NCBI RefSeq assembly: GCF_009914755.1
Contig: NC_060937.1
Reading direction: 5' to 3' (one strand)
Length of the DNA stretch: 64,000 nt
Source: the human T2T-CHM13v2.0 reference genome, Homo sapiens
Each line of letters starts with the position of its first letter. Positions within the stretch are counted from its first letter, which is position 1. A model generated the notes under the pieces. That model was not told the origin of the DNA, searched no databases, and saw nothing but the letters and a program-made list of their open reading frames with translations. Of the stretch, positions 56,905-64,000 are shown in pieces. Position numbers and translations under genes: made by a program.

Positions 56905-57200
56905 TTTATTCTCCTTTTCTTTCATTCAACAAATATTGACCATACTCAAACCAGAAAGACACACATTAAAGAAGTATTTATAATGAAAGGCAATGAGCAT
57001 CATACCAGTCAGGATTTGCTTCTGGGTGCTTGCTTTAAAAGACTGGTTGATTACTGGGGGGTTCACCTAGTCTGGAGAACAGGCAAGTCTCCTCTCAGAA
57101 AGCTTCTTCCATTTCAACGGGGCAACAAACAAGTCCATCAGAAGATGGGATGGGACAAGAGAAACCATACTAACAGCAAAGAGTACTAATAGCAAAGACA
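56905..57200 (-). mobile_element. L2 fragment
   Basis: 'ttcattcaacaaatattgac' start followed by a degenerate body. Confidence 0.55.
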
Positions 57201-57639
57201 AGGAACAGATCATGACGGCTTTTTGGACTCAAAACACAAAACTCGTGACAACCCACCACTGCGTTCAAACACGACAAAATTGTGTATAACATTATAATGG
57301 ATTATCTTAAGAAAAGATATCATTTCAAATAATTCTTATGTCCCCTAAATCACTCAGTCATGCCAGATGCATGGACATATTATGAATTTTCAACCAAGAA
57401 TAATACTTAATTTCACATAGGTCCTAGTAATAATCCATATTCACACAATAGGCATTCAGGAACTATTTAGTGGGTGAATAAAAGAACATTATATTTTCAC
57501 ACATCAAAGATCATTCACAGCTTCACAGTTTTAAGGTTTAGAAGAGACATCCACCAGATTCTAAAAATGGATAAAGTAAAGGAACTATTTGTTGAGCCTC
57601 ATACATGCCAAGCAATTTGCTAAGATCTAAGCATTCACT

Positions 57640-57765
57640 TAATTTGTGCACTCCTTGAGGGCAGTGGCAAAGTTTTATTCAAATTGCTTCTATAACCCTA
57701 GTATCTGGCACCATGCTGATAGCTAGTTAGAGCAGGATAAATATTTGTCGAATGGAGGAAAAAGA
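57640..57765 (+). mobile_element. L2 3' end
   Basis: 'ctccttgagggcag...tctggcacc...ataaatatttgtcgaatgg'. Confidence 0.7.
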
Positions 57766-58615
57766 GAATAAATGATTTCCTCCCACCTTATTATTTAACC
57801 CTCAAGATAAACCCATGAGGATGACCTAAACACCCTAACATTTTCAAGAAAACATCACCTTGAACTATTCCTAAGATTGCCCAGTCTTCGAGAGACTGCT
57901 GCTCTATGATCAATTAAGTGCTCCTTAACATCTTATAAATCACCTCTCTTGCTTATTTTACATCTCCATTCTGTATGAATGGAGTATTTATTAAACACAT
58001 CTATATCACCTTGTCAATTGTAGTTTCAAATTTCTAGGTAACTAATTGAATTCTTGGGAAAGATACGTAGAATTCTAAGTTAAGTGCATGCAACATCCTG
58101 AATTCTAAAGTTCATCACCCAAAGATGAACTCTTACTGCAGACCTTAGCTAACTGCTCATCTTTCTTACCTTGAACTTGGCTGGTTCAAGGAGTTGCTTT
58201 TGGATTCAAACAGCTCAATGCTCAGATTAGTGTCTCTTCCTCTACAGCTGGCTATGCCTGCCCCCTGCCCCTCCCCTGCCTGAACTGTACTTATATGTAT
58301 AAGTACACACATGCACACAAGCACACACACACACATACTAATTATCAGTTACTTTATTTCATGCAAGTCACTTAGATACTTTTACTGTAAGTCACAAAAA
58401 TCCACCATGAGGAATCAAAATACATAAATGACTAAAAGGAATCATAAAGCACAAAAAATAAAAGCAATCCAGCAAATGAGTAATGTAAGTGGACTGCCAT
58501 ACTTCCAGCTAATTCTCCTGGTTTTCCTTTATAGGCCTCTTGACCTTATTTATATACCAGTGTATTGCCTTCATATTACATCCTTAATGAGGTTACTTAT
58601 CCTGCATATCCAATG

Positions 58616-58649
58616 ACACGGTCCCCTAAATAACACGGTCCCCTAAATA
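58616..58649 (+). repeat. Exact 17-bp tandem duplication
   Basis: acacggtcccctaaata twice. Confidence 0.95.
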
Positions 58650-60664
58650 ACACATCCTCTGTTCTAGAGATGCCTGAGAGGGCAACCACTTCAGCCACTA
58701 AAAATTTACACTTTTAGCTAAGAAAGTGGGGCTTTTATTTTTAAAAATGAAGTTAGCATCTCAAACTCCAGAGTTTTTTGAATGCCACAATTAGAGATGG
58801 ATTATTTAGTAGATATGTTAAAATTCTTACAAATAATATGCATCAGTTATGTTGCATACTTAATAAATGATACATGGATTTCCTTTCTTGAAAATCTGTG
58901 TCTAAGCAACAATGTATGCGGAAAAGAGATGAAATAAATATACCTGTGTATACATCAACTACTCTGAAAAAGAGAGTCAAATTGCCTGGTTCAAGTAAAA
59001 TCTCTCATTTTCTCTGTTTTGTGTGAAAGAGAAATTTTTAATGAGTACTGAAATGTCTCAAAGTCAGGCAGCAAAATAGCTGGAAAAAAAAATCAAAGAA
59101 TCAGAATAATTTTCATCAAGATGATTTACTCCCTGAAAAACTGACATTCAGTATAGAAGGCAGGCTTTGAAAAGACTGGTTGGTTTTTTGTTGTTGTTTT
59201 TCCACTACTCTTTACATGATTGCTCAAGGTGAGGAAGATTAGACCTTTCCTCACTGTCTTTTATAGGGAGTGCAAATGAACAGGGGAGTAGGAGACTCCC
59301 TGACTCCCCCTTCGGGGCAGGCAGTAATTCCCCTCTTTGAACAAGATTGAGTTCTGTGAAATCTACACTTGAAGAAGGACAAGGCAAAGATACAGGATGT
59401 TTGCTGCAAATTCAGTATTCTCTGCCTTTCGTTAAACAGTGCTGGTGGGGTAGAGGCTGCAGTTATCTGCAGCCACCTCCCGTGGAGTGATTGATGTCAC
59501 CACAGTGAGTGTGCCCGGTGGGCAGGAAGACAGGCACTCGCTGGGGAGGGGCCTAAAGCTGTATGCCCCACGGCACAGAGCAGGATGGATTCATGGGTAG
59601 AAAACATTGACGGCTATGGAAAACAGACTGGTTGTTGAGGCAAATCAATAGTGATTTTAAGAAAATTAAACCCTGGCTGAAAAGGGGTGAATAGCTTGTA
59701 AAGTTCTCAGGCTCTAAGTGGCAATAAAGTTGCTAACCTGCTGAAGGACCTCTTGGGAGTTTTCCAACCCTGAGCTCTCCGATTCTGTGTGGCCATTCCC
59801 CAACTGTCAGTCTTCCCTGTATAAACAATTGCTTAAAGAAGGAGACTAAATGGGACGGACCAGGCTATCTTTGATTGCATCTGTTGACTCTGAAAGGATT
59901 ACTCAATAAAAGCCCTGGGTCATCAGGGCCCTGATACAGCCTCACACAAAGCAACTCAGAGAACTTTTCATGAAGGAAGCAAGAATGACATGAATATTAT
60001 GCAGTCATCATTGAGGATGTCTTCCCCCTCATTTGTGGTCATCCACTCACCTAACATATCTCCTTTGGCCCCAAAAGGCCTATTTGTAAAACATACCTGG
60101 GATAAGTGAATAAAAAACAAATTCTGAAGAATATTCAACACTTAATTACCTCCCCAATTGACATATAAAAGTCATTTAATAACATATTAACTTGGTTAAC
60201 ATGATATTTAAGCCCACATTCACAAATTAAAGGCTTTGTTTTCATTTGAGCATGGAAGATTACAAGGGGTCTAAATGTCGTTTGGTTAGAAAATCTCTCT
60301 CATTTTCCATCTCACTCTACAGAGTGAGGAAATGATGTAACTCCCAAAGGCATGGGATAAAAAACATTCCCGTCATAGTCCTGAGCACTCACAGAGACCC
60401 TCAGAATGTCTGAGTTTGTTTGTTTTCATGTTCACAACTATGCTAGCTTCATTTGTGGGGGGCTCAGATCACTGGCGGCAAGGATGCCAATGAGATCTTA
60501 TGTTTGTTTGGCTTTTTACATCTTTCAAAACATGTCCTTTCATATTATTCAACTGATGAACACAGCAATCTGTCAAGTAGGCAAGGCAGGTATTTTTGGT
60601 CACATTATTTAGATATTTGTTTATGGATGTTGACTCTTTATCCCTTAACAGATACACAATGCTA

Positions 60665-61349
60665 TTTTTTTAATATACTTTAAGTTCTGGGTTACATGAG
60701 CAGAACGTGCAGTTTTGTTACATAGGTATACATGTGCCATGGTGGTTTGCTGCAGCCATCAACCTGTCATCTACATTAGGTATTTCTCCCAATGCTATAA
60801 CTCCCCTAGCCCCCAACTCCCCAACAGGCCCTGGTGTGTCATGTTCCTCTCCCTGTGTCCGTGTGTTCTCATTGTTCAGCTCCCGCTTATGAGTGAGAAC
60901 ATGTGATGTTTGGTTTTCTGTTCTTGTGTTAGTTTGCTGAGAATGATCATTTCCAGCTTCATCCATGTCCCTACAAAGGACATGAACTCATCCTTTTTTA
61001 TGGCTGCATAGTATTCCATAGTGTATATGTGCCACATTTTCTTTATCCAGTCTATCACTGATGGGCATTTGGGTTGGTTTCAAGTCTTTGCTATTGTGAA
61101 TAGTGCCATAATAAACATACATGTGCATGTGTCTTTATAGTAAAATGATTTATAATCCCTTGGGTATATACCCAGTAATGGGATTGCTGGGTCAAATATT
61201 TCTAGTTCTAGATCCTTGAGGAATTGCCACACTGTCTTCCACAATGGCTGAGCTAATTTACACTCCCATCAACAGTGTAAAAGTGTTCCTATTTCTCCAC
61301 ATCCTCTCCAGCATCTGTTGCTTCCTGACTTTTTAATGATCACCATTCT
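60665..61349 (-). mobile_element. 5'-truncated L1PA7/8 inserted into a MIR
   Basis: ORF2 C-terminus on the minus strand (WIKKMWHIYTMEYYAAIKK) and 3' UTR; TSD aatgcta at 60658-60664 and 61350-61356. Confidence 0.92.
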
Positions 61350-61644
61350 AATGCTAAGTGATTTGCTCAAGGTACCACAGCTAGAAGACGGCAGAATATC
61401 TACAAGAACTCAGACTCTGATACTTATCCTGGTGTGGCTTCTGCTACAGTCTTGCTTCCTACAATGCATTGCAAGAGGAGGCATGAATCATTCTCAGGAT
61501 ATGAAGAGATTAAACCTTGAAATCACCCCGAGAGAGAGAGGCAGATAGATTCAATTCCTCCTCTTGCCTGAGATAGTTCAGTGACCATAACACAAGTATT
61601 CTTTTTCAAAAACTTTGATTCAAGTTAAAACTAAGCACTCATCA

Positions 61645-62215
61645 TGTAGTAAGCTGGATAATGACTGGTCTCCCAAATATATGCATATTCAAATCCCTGG
61701 AACCTGTGAATGTTACCTTACATGATGAAAGGGACTTTGCAGGTGTGATTGAGTTAAGGCTCTTGAGATGAGGAGGTTATCGTATATTATCTAAGTGGAC
61801 CCAATGTAAACACAAGGGTCCTTATAAGAGAGAGACTCAGAGGACAGGGAAAGTAGACAAGGCAACATGACCACAGAAGCAGAAACTGCAAAGGAGATGC
61901 AGTGACAGAAGCAGAAGTCAGAGAGAGAGCGAAATTGGAAAATGCTACCCTGCTGGCTTTGAAGATGGAGGATGGGCTCCATGAGAGAAGGAATTCAGGC
62001 AATCTCAAAAGGCGGAAAAGGGCAAGAAAATGGATTCTCTTCTAGAGCCTTCAGAATAAATGTAGCCCTACCAACATCTTGATTTTTGTTTAGTAAGACT
62101 TAGGTCAAGCTTCTGACCTGTAAAACTGTAAGATAATAAATTTGTGTTTTAAGCCACTAGGCCAAGCCACTAAGTTTGTGCTAATTCGTTACAGCAGGAA
62201 TAGGACACTAATACA
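61645..62215 (+). mobile_element. MLT1D solo LTR
   Basis: 'aatccctggaacctgtgaatgttaccttac...gggactttgcaggtgtgatt'; perfect 5-bp TSD catca. Confidence 0.9.
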
Positions 62216-62525
62216 CATCACATGCCAGCTTTCCCTCTCAATAGCTGCAAAATGTGTTTCCATAAAATGGAACCCATAGCTGGCCATCTTGACCCATTGA
62301 CATTTAAAAACAAACACCAAGGGCAATAATTTTGGCTTTTAGAGAAAAATAACAGCAATATTTGAATGCTTAGCATGTTCCATATAATGTTCTACATCTT
62401 GCACGTGTGTTGTATGTGAGATCTCATTTAATCCTCACCATAAGACGAATTACTTAACCTTTCTGTGCCTCATTTTTCCCAACTGTAACATGGGTATAAT
62501 GAAAGCGCATATTTTATACACCTGT

Positions 62526-63053
62526 TGTGGTAGACAGCCTCCAAGGTGGCCCCCAGTGACCACTATATCCTGCTGTTCATGCTCTTGCACAGTACCTCTC
62601 ACATAGAATAGACTGACTTACGTAACCAATAGATTGCAAAAGTGACAGAGTACGACTTCTAAAGCTAGGTCAAAAAAGTATCGTATCTTCCATTTTCCTT
62701 TCTTAGATCATCCACTCTCTGGAGGAAGTCAGCTGCCAGTAGCCCTAAGGAGAGGTTCACATAGTAAGAACTGAGACCTCTTGTCAACAACCAGCGCTAA
62801 GTTTTCGGCCATGTATGTGACTGTGTGAGTCACCTTGGAAGCAGATCCTCCAGCCCTGGTCAGGCCTTCAGATGACTACAGTCATAACCAACATCTTCAC
62901 TTCAACCTCATGAGGGACCAGGAAATCAGAATTACCTATCTAGGTGCTCCCAATTTTCTGACCCTCAGAAACTGTGTGTAAGATAATCTCTCTTGATTCT
63001 TTAAGCCACTAAATTGTGGGATTATTTGTTACACAGCAATAGGTAACTGATAC
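62526..63053 (+). mobile_element. MLT1F-like solo LTR splitting a MIR (62450-62525 and 63055-63150)
   Basis: 'tgtggtagacagcctccaaggtggccccc...cttggaagcagatcctccagccc...cagcaataggtaactgatac'. Confidence 0.85.
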
Positions 63054-64000
63054 TAATACTTACAAGGATAAAAATGGCTAATATTTTAACTAATGTAGAG
63101 AGTGCTTAGACTAATGCATGGCATATAATAGATATTACTTAAGTGCTTATAAAATTAATTTCCTTATAAAAGGTATGAATAACATACAATGAGCTGGATC
63201 TTGATAAGGAATTGAGATTACTGAGATGACAAACATGTGATCCCTGCCCTTTAGTAGCCTCACATTGAGGGGGAAGAGGGTAGAAATAAACATATATTTA
63301 GTTGATGTGTTTTGCACAACACATATATAGAAGATTTAATTAGGCATTAAAATGCATATATTTCAGTACACTTATACCAACATAAAATGTTTCAATGATT
63401 AGAATGATTGTGCAAAGTGGTTTAATTTTTCTGTAATTATTTTTCTCCTGCTTCTATTTACTTGCTCCCTTAAACTATGCACCCAACAAATTAAGAAAGG
63501 GTGGCATTTCCATGTAGTCATAACTTGAAATGCATGTTTTCAAGAAGCTTTGAATATTAAACTTGCCAATATTAATTTATACTATTAATTTTTGGATTCT
63601 CTATCTCTAGCCCATGTGTTGAAGCTTTTAAGAAAACATCCTAAATCATTGAAAAGGTAAAATAAAAAATCTCTTTAAAGGAACTTAAATTTGTTCTTTA
63701 TTTTCTTCTTATCATATGAGCCATTAGAAAGCAAATCCGCTGTACCAGTCTTTATCAAAGTAATGTTAGAAAACATGGACAATCTATTTTTCTGAGAAAC
63801 ATGAATCAAAAATTATCTGAATGAGTCTAAATGAGATGGAAACACCACGTTCATATATCTCTGCTCTTTTTTTGCCAAGATATCCAGCAATTTAGAACAC
63901 TGATCGGTACAGTAATGGTTCAGGGGACTACTTTTTTAGCTTCTGCCACTGAGGTTCTCATTAATTTGTTGCAAATTCTGCAGTTGATACAGCCAAAATC

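Noticed and set aside
58286-58307. 22-bp near-perfect palindrome tgtacttata-tg-tataagtaca
   Set aside because: AT-rich and next to a (CA)n low-complexity tract; likely incidental.

Overview
AT-rich, CpG-depleted primate genomic DNA, almost certainly human because it carries a pre-Ta L1HS insertion at 8325-8520. I see no credible protein-coding exon, tRNA/rRNA gene or CpG island; the ORF track is explained by repeats or chance. The window reads as intergenic or intronic sequence full of interspersed repeats: 9 Alus, L1s from L1ME to L1HS, L2, MIR, MaLR/ERVL/ERV1 LTRs, a HERV16 internal remnant and DNA transposons, many with readable target-site duplications (TSDs). I could not identify a new multi-gene system. 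The best leads are: a young, possibly polymorphic pre-Ta L1 nested in HERV16; G-to-A biased decay of the HERV16 RT motifs; an unexplained hairpin cluster at 32.35-32.59 kb; a fold-back duplication scar at 28.1-28.3 kb; a 54-bp dispersed repeat at 48.7/49.9 kb; and several + strand splice-site pairs that may be lncRNA exons. Subfamily names come from recalled consensus sequences, not a database run, and boundaries of old repeats are approximate.
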